From NCBI RefSeq assembly GCF_009914755.1, contig NC_060942.1: a DNA stretch of 64,000 bases; one strand, given 5' to 3'. Shown here one piece after another: positions 1 through 14,284 of the stretch. The translations under genes were made by a program, and so were the position numbers. Under the pieces are notes generated by a model, which ran no database searches, was not told the DNA's origin, and was given only the letters and a program-made list of their open reading frames with translations. Source of the stretch: the human T2T-CHM13v2.0 reference genome, Homo sapiens. Numbering within the stretch: position 1 is the first letter of the stretch; the number at the start of each line of letters is the position of its first letter.

Positions 1-81
1 TAAGAAAGAATGAATGCATGATCTACTGCTTAACCATTTTCCTCCTATAAGCCATGAAGACATTATACCAACATATTCTAC

Positions 82-1010
82 CGTTTGATTGAGCAATCCC
101 ATTACTGGGTATCTACCCAGAGGAAAAGAATTTATTATACGAAAAAGATACTTGCACAGGCATGTTTATAGCAACACAATTTGCAATTGAAAAATATGGA
201 AGCAGCCCAAATGCCCATGAATCAACGAGTGGATAATGTAAATGCGTGTGTGTATATATATAAAGTAAATATATATACACACACACATATACATATATGT
301 ATACATATATACATATTTCAAATGTTTAAAAGATTATATGTATACATATATACACATATATGTACATACATATAGGTACATATAGGTATATATGTACATA
401 TATGTGTATATTTGTATACATATATGCATGTGTATATATATGTGTACATATATACATATGTGTGTGTGTGTATATATATATAAAAAAAGGTGGTATGGCT
501 GAGTAGTATTCCATGCTATATATATAGTATATATGGCTGAGTAGTATTCCATGGTGTGTGTGTATATATATATATATACACACACACATATACATATATA
601 CACACACATATACATATATATATATAAATGTGGTATGAATATATATATATGGCATACTACTCAGCCATAAAAAGGAATGAAATAATGGTATTCACAGCAA
701 CCTGGATGAAATTGGAGATTATTCTAAGTGAAGTAACTCAGGAGTGGAAAGCCAAACATCCATATGTTCTCACTCATATGGAGGAGCTAAGCTATGAGGA
801 TGCAAAGGCATAAGTATGAAACACTGGACTTTGGGGACTTGGGGAAAGGGGTTAGGGGTGGCAAGGTATAAAAGACAACACATTGGGTACAGTGTACACC
901 ACTCGGGTGGTGGGTCCACCAGAATCTCAGAGATCACCACTAAAGAACTTTTTCATGTAGCCAAACACTACCTGTTCCTCCAAAATCTACTGAAATAAAA
1001 AAATTAAAAA
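82..1010 (+). mobile_element. L1PB (L1PB1-like) 3' end, interrupted by a TA/TG/CA low-complexity expansion
   Basis: Matches the L1PB ORF2 end and 3'UTR ('atctacccagaggaaaagaa...gaaaaagatacttgcac', 'gctaagctatgaggatgcaaaggcataag', 'accactaaagaactt'); A-rich end at ~995-1010. Confidence 0.85.
244..650. repeat. (TA)n/(TG)n/(CA)n low-complexity tract inside L1PB
   Basis: Direct reading; it produces the Y/I/H/C/V-rich spurious ORFs. Confidence 0.95.
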
Positions 1011-1024
1011 TTGGAGTAAATAGG

Positions 1025-1862
1025 TACAATGTCTCCAATTTACCCTCAAATGGTTCAGAAAAAGTTGTGAATGCATAAATATATGGGTCAAATACATAAC
1101 CAGCTAGTCCTCATTATTCAAGGATTCCATGTTTGTGAATTTGCCTGTTCGCTAAAATTTATCTGTAGCTCAAAATCAATGCTCCCAGAGCTTCAGTGAT
1201 CATTTGTGGACTAAGGCAGAGTGGTCAGAAATTTGAGTTGACTGCCTTGCCTGTTTCCAGCTGGGGTCCAACAAGAATATGCTCTGCCTTCTTGTTTCAG
1301 CTCTTATATTATAAGCAAGTGTCCTTTCTGGGGTCTATTTAGTAACACGTTGTTCACATTTTTCTGATTTTTGTTGGTGATTTTGCCGTTTAAAATGACC
1401 CCCAATTGCAGTGCAGAAGTGCTATCCAGTGTTAGAAGTGCAAGGAGGCTGTGATGTACCCTAAGGGGAAAATGCATCTGTTAAATAAGCTTCTTTCAGA
1501 CCTGAGGGATAGTGCTGTTGATCACAGTTCAGTTGTAATGAACCATCATTATATATTAAATTAGGAGTCTTAGAAACACATAGAAAACAAGGTTCAGTAC
1601 TGATCAGTTGATAAAAACAAGGTTGTGATCAGAGACTCATGTAAACTAGTATTCACTTATTCAAAGTCCATGGCAACTTTATGGAACAAAACTACCGTGA
1701 ATAAATAATGAGAATCAATTGTGTGTGTGTGCTTACACACATACACGGCAAATGGAACAAAAATTAACAATTGCTGCTGGATCTGGGCAGAGAGTGTTTG
1801 AAAATTCCTTTTACTACTTTTACAACTTTTCTGCAAGTTAGAAATATGATCAAGACAAAAAT
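1025..1862 (+). mobile_element. Old L1M (L1MC/L1ME-type) 3'UTR fragment split by MER82
   Basis: 'ctcaaatggttcagaaaaa' before MER82; 'aaattaacaattg..gatctggg..caacttttctgcaagtt..gaaat' after it. Confidence 0.6.
1101..1721 (+). mobile_element. MER82 (Tigger-type non-autonomous DNA transposon)
   Basis: Starts 'cagctagtcctcattattca..ggattcc..tttgtgaatttgcct..gctaaaattt', has internal 'gctctgccttcttgtttcagctct', ends 'aataatgagaatcaattg' (inverted termini). Confidence 0.85.
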
Positions 1863-2961
1863 TCACCAAAATAGATCATAGATAAATTATTACAAAATAC
1901 CTTTGCTAACAAGAGTCACAAATTGTTTTCTTTTCCTCTGGAAATCTGATACGATTTGGGAATCTAGTTATTTGTCTGGTATTCTGTGGAAAAGTAGAGA
2001 GAGCGAGAGACAGAGACAGAGCAAGAGAGAGAGAGATACTAGTTTGTAAAACCCAGGCTCTAGAAGAAATAGGCTGATCATGCAGTAAAGACAAAGTAAC
2101 CAAAAAAGCAACAATAATTTTTTTAGGAAGCTATTGGGGCTCAGGGAATATGCACCCTGAACAGCAGACAGTAAGTAGCAGCATAGAATATGCTTCTGTT
2201 GGAGACTTAGTAGAGATAGGAGTGAAAGATGTGAAGAGTGTTAGGTACCTGAAAATACAGTCATTGGAAAAATGCATACGTCCTTGGGTGTTGAAGACAG
2301 CCAGCCTGAGATTCTCTTTATAGTATACATAAAGATAGCTTAGCCCTGTTAAAGAAAGCAGGTTTAGATTGGAGAAGTCCTATTTTGCTGAAAGAGGTTT
2401 TCACTCATTCCCCGTATTGTTCCTGGGTGGCAACCATTAAAGAGCTGATTGCATAAAGGCTGTGGACTTTACTATTAATTAGAATATATTCTTATATTGT
2501 GGAGCCATTAGTTCCTGACATTAGATTCTACCAGTCATTTCTAATATTAATGAATCTGGGCTTGCGGACACTTTTAGTTATAATTTTAACATTAAGGCTC
2601 ACATTTTCAGGATGAAAAATCTGTCCTTACTAAGACTTATTTTTAAAGTCACGTACAGATGCGCAAGCCCACGCACAAGTGAATATAATTTACATAATTT
2701 CAAACATCTGATGTTTAAAAAAGAATGTGAATACTGCTGTTGTTTTCAAATGTTTTCGTTTTTTAAATATTTTAGTAAATATAGCTCAGATAGTTTCACA
2801 CATAGTGATTTTTTCATCCAATTCTTGTAGAAAAAATGATAAAAATAAAATAATAAAGTAAGTCATTTAACTTATCTATTTAAATGAAAAGATGATGATT
2901 TTCTTGAGACCATAGTGTTAACATTGCTATTAAATGAAAGACATAGGACTTGGGATTTGAT

Positions 2962-3600
2962 TGAATTCAACAACTGTTTATTAATATTTAATATGTGCTG
3001 GACAGTCCCTATCTTCAAGGAGCACACACAATGTACATAAAAATACACACAATCACACACACACACTATTGTGATCAATGATACCATAGCTGGCAGAGGT
3101 TGCAGTGGAGATGGAGAAAATAACTGATATTTATTGATTAACTGTAATATGCTTTCCAGTGCCCTAACTCATTTCACCTTTACAAAAACCTCATGATGTT
3201 ACATTTTATGATTATGTTTTGAGGCTCATAGAAGTGAAATAACATGCCCATGGTTACACAGTCAGTAGCAGAGCTGAGATTCAAACACCTATGTCCAATA
3301 CCTACTTGCATGTTTGTTTTACTAAAAATTTGCCATAAAAGTACAAATGAAGGAGCTATTGATTCTACTTAAGTGACTTAAGGAAGGCTTTCAGAAGGAA
3401 GTGGCATGAGGGATTGCCTTTAAACAAAAACACTGTGACTTCAGCAGACTGTGAAAGAGGAGGCCAGCATCTCAGGCATGGCAGCAGTGTGTACACAGTC
3501 GCTGGGATGCATAGGAACATTGCAGGTTCAGAGACTACTGAGCGCTGAGCCCTGTGGTGGGTGGGTGAAGATAGGTGTGGTGGGAGGGGAATGGGTAGCA
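2962..3600 (-). mobile_element. Degraded L2 fragments with an embedded MIR (~3140-3300, minus)
   Basis: 'attcaacaactgtttatt..gtgctgg..gtccct..tcaaggagc' (L2 3' end, reverse); MIR core 'gaggctcatagaagtgaaataacatgcccatggttacacag..gcagagctgagattcaaac'. Confidence 0.6.
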
Positions 3601-4854
3601 AGAATAGTAATAATAGTAAAGGGACATAAATCTGTAATGGTTAGTGTGGATGATATTGCTTCTGCTGGGAATTTGGGCAAGCATCTTCTCAGCTTAAAGG
3701 AGCCACCAATACTTTAAAAAATGAGGCAGTTTATGATTTGCCAGTTCTCCGTTTTCCATGGATAGTTGAGCAGAAAAAGGATCAGTGAGGCAACAGCCCA
3801 GGCAAGTAATAATTAGGCTCTTGGTAAGACAATGACTTTGGAGACACTGGGTATGGATACTTGAGGTAGAATCAACATGCCAGTGTGGATTCGGTGGACA
3901 ATAGATAATTCAAAGCTCATTCTCAGGTTTCTGGTTTCAGTGATATCATTCATTAAACCATGAAGCACAAAATGGAAAACAAGTTTGTGGAGCAAGATAA
4001 AGCATTGAAATGACAAATTTACATCCAATTATTACATCAAGACATTATCTTTACCTGATTTTAATGGTAAAAAGAGAAGATAACTGGACACGAGAAAAAG
4101 ATAAGACAATTGTGCTTTTGAAGGCTTTGATATGTGTACACTCTTGAGAATATTTGAAAACTCTATAATGGCATGCCTTATACCTAAAGGTGAAGACAAC
4201 ACAATTATTCAACCAAAATGGCTATAGTTTTTGTTTGTTTCTTTTTCTCACTGCATGCTGGCAAAACTGTCAGCAATTAATTAATGTCTCTTGAAGTAAG
4301 AGTCTCTATGAACTGCAAGAAAACATTGCAGGAAATATGTTGAGCCAATACATTAATGCCAATACCTTAATGCGCCATGGGTTTGAACCACTTGATTCTT
4401 TAAGATGTCTTAAGTTGTCCCACTTGGGGGTTTAAACTTTTGAAGATTATACCCAAACCATGCCTTCTGACCCTGAATAGATTGTTGATCTTTTAGGTTG
4501 GTTCTTGCCAGAGAGAGCGTGTGGTGGGGAACAGAGGCTCGCCATCAGGGTTGATATACCAGAATCTCCTATGCAGTGACCCTCTATATTTACAGGTATT
4601 CTCTTGATAAACCCCCACTGGGACAGCATTTAACCAAGGCAGAAAAAGTCTAAAAAATGAATTTGATAAGGCAAAAATAATATAAAATGACCATTCTGAG
4701 TTGGTTTCATATTTTATTCAAATTGCCATTCTTTAACCGAGAGGTACCAGCAATGCTTAGACGGATATATGATTGCCCTGAAGTCAGATTAGGGTTGATC
4801 CTAAACATTTCTATTCTGTCTTCCTGAAGTCTCGAGAAGCCTCTACAGCTTTTT

Positions 4855-5470
4855 AAAAGAAAAAAAAAAATTTGTAATTGACAAAGGAAAATTGTATATA
4901 TGTATCATGAACACACGACATTTTGAAATGAGTATACATTGTGAAGCAGCTCCATTGAGCTCATTAACATATTTGCTGCTTACGTATTTATTGTTTTTCT
5001 CATGAGAACGCTTAAAAGCTACTCTCTTAGCAATTTTCAGAATACAACAGATTGTTATTAACCATAGTCACTATGTTGTACAATAGCTGTTATTAACCAT
5101 AGTCACTATGTTGTACAATAGCTCTCTTGAATTTATCCCTCCTAATATAAGTAAAATTTTGTATCCTTTGACCAACATCTTTCCAATCACCCCCACCCTT
5201 CGCCCCGGGTCACCACCTTTCTGCTGTCTACTTCTATGACGTCCGTTGCTTTGGATTCCACATATAAGTGAGATCATGTGATATTTGTCCCTCTGTGCCT
5301 AGTTTATCTCACTTAACATGTCCCTCCAGCTCCATCAGGTTGTCACAAATGACTGGGTTTCCTTCTTTTTTAAGGCTGAATTATACTTCATTGTATACAC
5401 AATAGACCCCATATTTTCTTCATCCCTTCATCTGTGGATGGACACAGGTTGTTTCCATATTTTGACTATT
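4855..5470 (-). mobile_element. L1MA-type 3' end with diverged ~22-bp target-site duplication
   Basis: Reverse L1MA 3'UTR ('ctactctcttagcaatttt', 'gattccacatataagtgagatcatg', 'ttttaaggctgaat'); flanks CGAGAAGCCTCTACAGCTTTTT (4833-4854) and CAAGAAACCTCTGTAGCTTTTT (5471-5492). Confidence 0.85.
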
Positions 5471-5704
5471 CAAGAAACCTCTGTAGCTTTTTGAGGCAAT
5501 AAATTCTGTGGCATTTCTACCCACAATGTAAAGCAGTACGTTCTTGTCATTCTCTAAAATTCACATTTCTAGGATACAAGACATACCTTATAGATTAAAT
5601 ATCCAGAAACTATCAAAACCTGCATTCACCCGAAACATGAACTTCATGAATTTTCAACCAACATCTATTCAGGTTTCACTCCTAATTATTTTGCTTTCAG
5701 GAGA

Positions 5705-5890
5705 GGCTGTGCCATTTACCAGCCCTGTGACCTGGGGTTGCTGCAATAGTTTCTCTGTGTCTCAGTTCCTTCATCTTTAAGTACATTTTAATAGTACCTA
5801 TTTTAGAAGGATATTACAAAAATTAAATTATGGAATAATCAGAAAGCCTTTAGAATAGTGTCTGTTATATATAGTAAGTGTTCAATAATT
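5705..5890 (+). mobile_element. MIR
   Basis: 'ctgtgacctgggg..ctctgtgtctcagttccttcatct..aatagtacct..tagtaagtgttcaataa'. Confidence 0.75.
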
Positions 5891-6032
5891 CTTAAGGACT
5901 TTTCTCATCACAGACATAGACAATGTCTAGATTTTAACAAACTGAACAGTTAACGGTGCCCACATCTGGTGCAAAAAAAGTAGAAAAATTGGGAGAGGAT
6001 CTGAAAAGAGTAAACTTGATATGCTACCTGGC

Positions 6033-6285
6033 CAATAATAATAATGCCATCGTATATTTAAATAGCATTTACCACTTATCAGGTACTGTTTAAACTTTTA
6101 CATATATTTAATCATTTAGTTTTATAATTCTATAGAGTATACACTTCTATTTCTGTCACCATTTTACAGATGAGGAAACTGAAGAAGAGGTAACTTAATT
6201 AACTTGTCCAATGTCACACAGCTAATAAGAGGCAGAGTGGGATTAACCCAGAAGGTCCACAGATGCATTCTATACCCTTCACTGT
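6033..6285 (-). mobile_element. MIR
   Basis: 'ccattttacagatgaggaaactga..aacttgtccaatgtcacacagctaataagaggcagag'. Confidence 0.85.
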
Positions 6286-6844
6286 TACATAATTTTCTCT
6301 CTTGTGGTAGTTACCGAATAAATGTTAGCTGTTATTTTGTCAGCTTATAAACATTGCTGCTTCTGTTAATGACCCTCATCCTTTTAGAAAAATCCAGCCC
6401 AGGAGAAAAATAGTGAAAGCTTGAAGCAGAGTAAAACCACATCCACACCCATTGCGCCTTTTCAATAGCATCACAAGTGTTAGAGGGCTTGGAAGCAGGT
6501 CTTTTTCCTCAACAGCATCGCTGAAATCAGGATTCAATTTGGACAAGAAATCAAGCTAAGTTTAGCACTGACTTTGAGTGTGTATTCACATGCTCAGTGG
6601 CAAAACGGTTTTTGAGAATCCTTCTAATTTTAACTTTTGAATAAACTGCCCTGAACCCTCAACTAAAACTGTGGATAAAGATGTGGCCTGGGAGAAAATG
6701 CAAAGAAAATACAGACCTGGATGGGAGACATCAACGGAAAAAAAAATGACACTTTTGTGAACCCAAAAAAAGATCTAAACTTTTTTTTAGGTAGTGCACA
6801 AAATGAAAAGTACTATTTAGGTTGGATAAGGAGGTGGTATACTG

Positions 6845-7175
6845 CAGGGGTTGGCAAACTATGGTCCAATTGATGCTTATTTTTGTATAGCCTATGGAGC
6901 TAAGAATGATCTTTGCTTTTTTGAATGGTTGAAAAGAAAACCAAAGAATAGTATAAGAATATATTTAATTACACAGGAAAATTATATAAAATTCAAATTT
7001 CAGTTTCCATAAATAACATTTATCAGAACACAGGCATGCCCATTTTTTAATGTATAGCCTGTGTTTACTTTTTCACTACAACAGCAGAGTTGAGTGGTCC
7101 CAACAGAGACCATATGGCTCGCAGAGCCTAAGATGTCCTATCTGGCCATTTACAGAAAAAGTTCATCGACCCCTG
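6845..7175 (+). mobile_element. MER58B (hAT-Charlie), complete
   Basis: TIRs CAGGGGTTGGCAAACT ... GTTCATCGACCCCTG; diverged 8-bp TSD gtatactg/gtatagta; internal 'gcagagttgagt..agagaccatatggc'. Confidence 0.85.
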
Positions 7176-7315
7176 GTATAGTACAATGGAAAAGAGCTTG
7201 GGTTCTGCAAAATTTTTTAAATTGGTGTGACTTAGAAAAAAAATGCTACATTTCTCTTGCCTTGGTTTTCATCTGTAAAATGAGAGAGCTGGCTTTGGTC
7301 ACAGTGGTTTTCTAA
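7176..7315 (+). mobile_element. MIR/MIR3 fragment
   Basis: 'gtatagtacaatggaaaagagc..gtgtgacttag..ttttcatctgtaaaatgagag'. Confidence 0.6.
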
Positions 7316-10008
7316 CTCCTCAGCGACTCCGAGGCTGTCTGGGAGCAGACGAGGGGCAGAAGAAAGAAGTGAGCAGAGAAGATCTATGCCCTTCTGACAA
7401 TCTGCCTTCCTCAACCAGAACCATGGCTGTTATATCTGATTCTAAAGAACATTTCGAAGAATAGACTGTAGTATCGAAAACAAAAACAGGAATTTGAACA
7501 CCACTGGAAGAGCTTCTGTGGATCTGGGGAGGCCTAGGTCTACCCTCCAGCTTCTCTATCTTGTCCTCATTTCTATGCTGGGTGCAGTTCTCTGGGTTTT
7601 CACTTGTCAAGGCCTTTCCTAGATCAAAGAAGTCAGGTTCACTTTCTCCGTCATAAAGTCTATTTTCATATATTCATGAAATGTTTAAGCCTTTTTATTC
7701 AAAGCATTGGGTCCATACACTAATAGTAGAACTTCTTTTCTTTGAAAATAGCAATAATAGCCCTTGTCTAAGTTACCCTGGGCTTTAAGATTTCTAAACG
7801 CATTAGCAAGAAACAGTGGATAATTTGTTGCATAGAAGATAAGAGGATAGGGGACTAAAAAATTGAATTAGCCTCTGCATTTCAATTCCTTCATGCAAGA
7901 AAGAAAGGGTACTGACTGAGCTACCTCAATAGCGAAAGATTTCATCTACAAAGTTGGTTTGGGGAGAGGAATACATGCATGATCTTGAATAACTATTTAA
8001 GCTGTTTGTGTGTTTTTTTTTTTAACGTCACACTGACCTTCTGATTGAGCCGTCAGGTGATTGGTTTTTGCTTTAATGCCATGAGAACCTTACATAAATT
8101 CTATTTGTTTCTGAAGGATATTAAAAAATGAAACAAAATTCATCCTTTGGCTTTTTGTAGATGGATATCCTCTTACTTAATGATAGAAGACTTTGAGATA
8201 GGTTTTTTTTCTGTTAGTGATTTCGCATTTAAGAACTCTACTCTTGTTATTTTTTGTCTGATTTTCACTTAGAGATGGCAAAAATACAACTTTATGGTTC
8301 AAAGAGAAACACTTAACATGGCTTATGAAAAATGTATAGAACTTCTCCAACATCAAATAACTCTTAGAATACTGCAGCTTGGTAGGCTAAGTGTAAATGA
8401 AATGGAAGCACACTCAAAACATATCTGAATTTAAAAATTAAAAGAGGAAAAGACTCCAGGCAAAAATGTATCATGATCTTGCAAAGCCCAATTCTTGAGA
8501 AAGTTATTAGAAGCATTTTGTTAAACACATCACTACTAGGACTTCTTGTCCCCTTGGAATTGTTTGGCAGAGGAAAGAGAGTTTAAATGTGATGATAACC
8601 CACAATATTCTTGATGCCATGGTTTCAAAGTACAATGGCTTGCTATGCTTCCTTTTTGACATGCCCATGTGCTCTTGCTCTGAGCTACTCAACACTAGCC
8701 ATGACAGAAGCAGCTGCATAGCACTGGGGTGTGAAATTATCCTTATGCATATTTGGTGGAAGAGTTAAGTTTATTCATTGTCATCACAAAAGCAATTGCA
8801 AGGACAGTGCAGCACCGAACAGACCCAGTGTCATTTGGACAAAATAAAAAGTCTTTGTTTCTCTTTTTGTAAATACGCATTCTGCAATAGTATTTAAAAT
8901 GAAGTTTTTTAATTAAAATTTTTATCAAAGACTTCCAGCGTTAAGAGAGGTTAGGATACATTTTCAATTTAACCTCCTGTCTTACTCCATTTTCCATCTT
9001 TCATCTCTGAAATTTGATTAGGATGCTCCCATCCCACGGCCATCAGGAGAAGTCTCTTTAAGGATTCTTCAAAAAGTGCCATTATAGTTATTAGAATTGT
9101 CGCGTAATTTAAAAGCAAATGGAAGTCAGCTGTGCTGATTTTAACCAATGGTTATGAAACTACTATCATCATAATTCCAACAAGAAGTGGAGTTCACTGT
9201 TTCACAAAGGATGCAAGTTTGGGGTTGACGTAAAGTTCAATATGGAAATTATAACAATGGATTAGCTTCTTGAATGAAAATTCTCCTTATCTACAAAGCA
9301 AGAATACAGAGAAGTGAACTGATTCCTCTCAGAGAGCTGGGAAAGACTTTTCCCCCCTCAGTGAGAGTTTCCTATTTAATAGCATACTCATAAAGCACAA
9401 GTAGGAGGAAGCCAAGACTGAGAGAAAGGCACCTTCTTTCTGACCCATTCTTAAGTTCCTGGTTTTCTTTTCTCACCTATGATCATTATAACTGCCCTGG
9501 TCTTCTTGAATCATGAAGTGTTTAACCTGCTTTCATTTTATGTTACATTTTCCTCTTGACACCTTTATTTAAATGCATGCAAATATATGTAAAGTGACTA
9601 TCCCAATGCTCAGTGCCATGACTCTCTGTGCCCGACCCCTCACCCCACAAGAGCCTGAGTTAGAAGCATTATTCGTTCCACTTTGGAGGAAACGGGCCCT
9701 GCAAGATTAAGCAATTTATGTAAGTGGCCCAACCAATGTTGAAACCGTAGCTGACTGCAAAGCCTGCAGAGAGTCTTATAAAACAAAGTCTGCTATACAA
9801 GATCCTGAGGAAATATGGAGGTGCTTCACAGTTTTGTATAATTTTTTAAATTATTAAAGAACAATAGTGGAGCACTTATATTCTCCCTAAGTTTATCTCC
9901 CTGATAAACTTACGTATCTTTGAATTTTGAGTATTATCTTAAAAGCAATAGCATATTGCCTGCTGCACGTCACCTGGATGATCATGTTAAAATAAAGAAT
10001 TGCATCTG

Positions 10009-10322
<314 letters not shown>

Positions 10323-10344
10323 TCAAGGTCTGCATCTACATTCC

Positions 10345-10677
10345 AATCTTCCCCTTTACAAGTCATTCTTTGCATAATAGCCAGATTTCTTTTTAATAAC
10401 GTAAATCCCCTAAACAAAATCTTCCAGTGACTTCCCACTACCATTCAAAGAAAATCCAAATGCCACACATTGGTTTGTGAGCCCCCAGGTAGCCCAGCCC
10501 AGGCTACTTCTCCAACCTGCGTTTTCACTTCTTCACCTTCCCCTGCAAACTTATCTCACTCAGTGAGCTCCATGAGGGCAGAGTCCTGGCCTGGATTATT
10601 TTTCTACTATACCTGTAACAGTGCCTGAAAAAATGGAGCAGGCAATCAAAAAACAAACACTTCTAAATGAATGGATG
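10345..10677 (+). mobile_element. L2 3' region
   Basis: 'cttccagtgacttccca..aaaatccaaa', 'gagctccatgagggcagag', 'acagtgcctg', ends 'aaatgaatggatg'. Confidence 0.7.
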
Positions 10678-11401
10678 CTTCACATTGGCACTAGATGATG
10701 CTATCTTAAGTGTTGAGAGCTTAGAGAAAGACAACAACAGTAATAACAAAACAGACAGACTGAACAAACAAATGACTGTAATATAAGGAAAGGCCAAATC
10801 ATGGCACATTACACTGACTGAAGAATATTTCTCAGGAGTTCACATAGAAAAGAGTGGAAAATGTCACCTTCACACATCCCCACAGTGGTGTGACACACTG
10901 AAGAAAGATCCTGCCATAGCCACAATGGAAACATCAGCTTAATTTCCTCAAAATAGCACATTAGTCACATTGAGTTAAAGTTGCTAATTTGAATTTGTTT
11001 TTATACTTTTATTCAAATACAATTTTTATTAAATTATTGTATACTTTATATAAATTTATGCTTATTTATACAATTTAGTATGAGTTTCTACATTTACTTA
11101 TATACTTTAATATTATATAAAATTGTAACATTTCCCAATTATAGATTTATAAGTTACATAAGCATAATGAGTCTCTTACAACATAAACTGGCATTATTAC
11201 ACTAATAAGCAGATCCACACCTTACACAAATCTGAGAAACACTGCTTTATTCCATGCTGTCTCCTGCTGACTATCTCTAAAATTTCCTTTGAAATCAATT
11301 AGTTTTAAATTAAATATAAAATATGAATTGTGGTTAAAATATACAGTATATAAATTGTTTGACAGAAAAGATATTTTTTGTATCTCAAAGGGTTAAATGT
11401 A

Positions 11402-11852
<451 letters not shown>

Positions 11853-11924
11853 GAGTTAAATATATCATCTGGCAAGTAATTTATGAAAAATATCCCAGGA
11901 AAAAGTTTACACAATGGGTTAAAC

Positions 11925-12115
11925 GGGTGGTTCTCAAAGTGTGGTACCATGTCTAGCAGCATCAGCATCTCCCTGGAACCTGTCAGAAATGTACACTCTT
12001 GGGCTCCATCCCAGACCTCTGCACCAGGAACTCTAAGGGTGGGGCCCAGCAAGCTGCATCAGAACCAGCTTCCTATCCCCAAGTGATTCTGATGCCCCTC
12101 ACCTTGAAATCGCTG
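11925..12115 (+). mobile_element. MER5A (hAT-Charlie)
   Basis: 'gtggttctcaaagtgtgg..agcagcatcagcatc..ggtggggcccagcaa..gtgattctgatgc'; diverged TSD ggttaaac/ggttagat. Confidence 0.85.
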
Positions 12116-12252
12116 GGTTAGATAATGTAATGACTCATAATATTAGGAATTTGGCCATAAGATAGAGAAATAGCTTTCCCTCCAAGAGGCTTACTTTACA
12201 ATGAGTTTTTGATTTTTAATTTATACAATTGTGTTGTTCTTTGATATGCGTC

Positions 12253-12484
12253 TGTATTAATCAGGTTTCTCTAGAGGTATGGAACTAATAGAATAGATGT
12301 ATATATGAAAGGGAGTTTATTAAGGAGAATTGACTCTAACGATTACAAGTTCGCATGATAGGCTGTTTGCAAGCTGAGAACCAAGGAAGCCAGTGGTGGA
12401 TCAGTCTGAGTCTCAAAACCTCAAAAGTAGGGAAGCCTAAAGTGCAGCCTTCAGTCTGTGGCCAAAGGTCTGAGAGCCCCTGGC
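12253..12484 (-). mobile_element. MLT2A (HERV-L) LTR fragment
   Basis: 'tgtattaatcagg..ctctagagg..gaactaata..aagggagtttattaaggagaattgactc..aacctcaaaagtagggaagcc..gcagccttcagtctgtggccaaagg'. Confidence 0.8.
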
Positions 12485-14284
12485 CTTTCTTCTTTAGGCC
12501 TTAAAGGTCAATGCCAGTCAGTCAAAGTACCTTTGGGATAAACAGGCTGTGTTTACAAGATTCCAAATCAGGGAGTAAATTTGATTAACTAATTCAATCA
12601 GACATACAGACAAAAAAATGAAGCCTCTCATTCCACATTTTTGCGTCTGCCCAAACCCTAAGGAGAGAGTAAGCCTCACACATAATTCTAAATGATCTTC
12701 AAAATGAAGTCTGGGAAGTGTCCTAGAAGCTGTCATGTAGTTTGGCAATCTGCATTTGTGTCTCACACTCTGGCCACCACACTGCCATTATTTTTCCTGA
12801 TGACGCCCCCTAGAACTCTGAAGTCTGTGATTCTCATACAATAGACATCTTTAAAGCCAGGAAGCTTCCAAAGGGAATGACTGCCCTGAGCTTACAAATT
12901 CATTTCTCTTGAATTAGTCCATGGGAGAAAGAGAAATGCAGTTTCTTCAAGAAAGATCAGAAAAAGGCCAATAACTCTCTAAGAAATGCCATTTAAAATA
13001 ATAAATTGTTTCCTCACCAACAAATTTTCCCATTGGCACCTGAGCGTGTTTTTGTATTGTTTAAAACAACAAGAGAGAGTCTCTTTTCTAAAGAAAGATG
13101 CCACGTGACCCAACAAGCACTCCAGGAGAACAAAATAGAGGGGCGTTCATTTCAGAGGCTGGGTCCTTCATCAGCAGGGGGTTTGGCACCCAGTACTGTT
13201 CTTCACACCAGGTTTCACTGCAAAATTATCAGCTGGGAGAGAAACGTGGCCCCTGTTGTGCCCAGAGCTGCAGCACAGCTGGGAATCTGAAGCAGCTCTC
13301 CAAGGAGACTGCATTTGTTGGGAAGTCATAGCAGAAAGGAGGAAGGAGATGAGAGGAAAGGAAAATTAGACCTGAAAGAAAATGCATTCTCTCTGAAAGA
13401 CACACTCATATTGTGTGATATGTGACTCTCTGCTTGGCTGTAACCTGTTTAACTATAAAAGAGGCCCTTTGTCCTCTAATTCTAAAGAGAATTCATGAAT
13501 ATGAATGTTAGAAAGCAGCCCTCTGGTTAATCATTTCTGAGCTGGCAGCAGTTGGAAGAATCAGTGTTTACTTATTTATTGAAAACTGTGGTTAATGTGT
13601 TTATCTGTGCTAGAATCATACTTTCCTTTCTCCATCTCGAGGACTAGTTACCAAGAACCATAAATTTATTTTAGTATTCATGAATTCCAAACCTCTTATA
13701 AGTTCAAAAGGTTTTCTTTAAGCCAAAATCTATAGGAGGTTCAATAATGGTAGAAAACCTCTATTCTTTTCTAAGGAAAAATGTTATAATAAACAAGATA
13801 ATTGCTGGCTGTGTTTGCAGTAGATAAGATACAGTTCAAAACTAACATATGAGAAATAAAAACAAAACAGCTAACCGTGTCTTAAAGGTTCAAAATGTTC
13901 AACACACATTTTCAAGGAAAAAATATCTGAAATTTCTGTCTTTTTATGGTTTATATGTATACTCAGGGAAGACTGTTTTCCAAGAATCCTAAAATTTGAA
14001 AATCAGTTTTTGGTGGTTATTTTAAAGTGACCAGCTCTGAGCCATCCTCCAGAGTGGCTTGGAAATATGCTCTAATAAAAGCACCATTATTCACAGGATG
14101 GAAAGAGCAGAGGTTTGGGAACGAGGCAGTTCTGAATTCACATCCAAGCTCTAATGATTTCTTGTTGTCTATGTTTGGGTAAGCAACAGCATCTCTCAAG
14201 CTGTAGCTGATTAATTCAATTTATACTTATTTGTAAGTATCAAAAAAATGCTTACTTTGTGACATTTCCAGGTTCTTGGCCAAA

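Noticed and set aside
8801-8826. REST/NRSF-like half sites (GGACAGTGC-AGCACC-GAACAG)
   Set aside because: Order and spacing of the half sites do not match the canonical RE1 motif
10940-11245. AT-rich stretch ending in a hAT-like terminus (CTGAGAAACACTG)
   Set aside because: Could be a Charlie-family relic, but I could not find a matching left terminus or name a family
13454-13460. TATAAAA as a promoter TATA box
   Set aside because: Expected by chance in AT-rich DNA; no CpG island or downstream gene evidence
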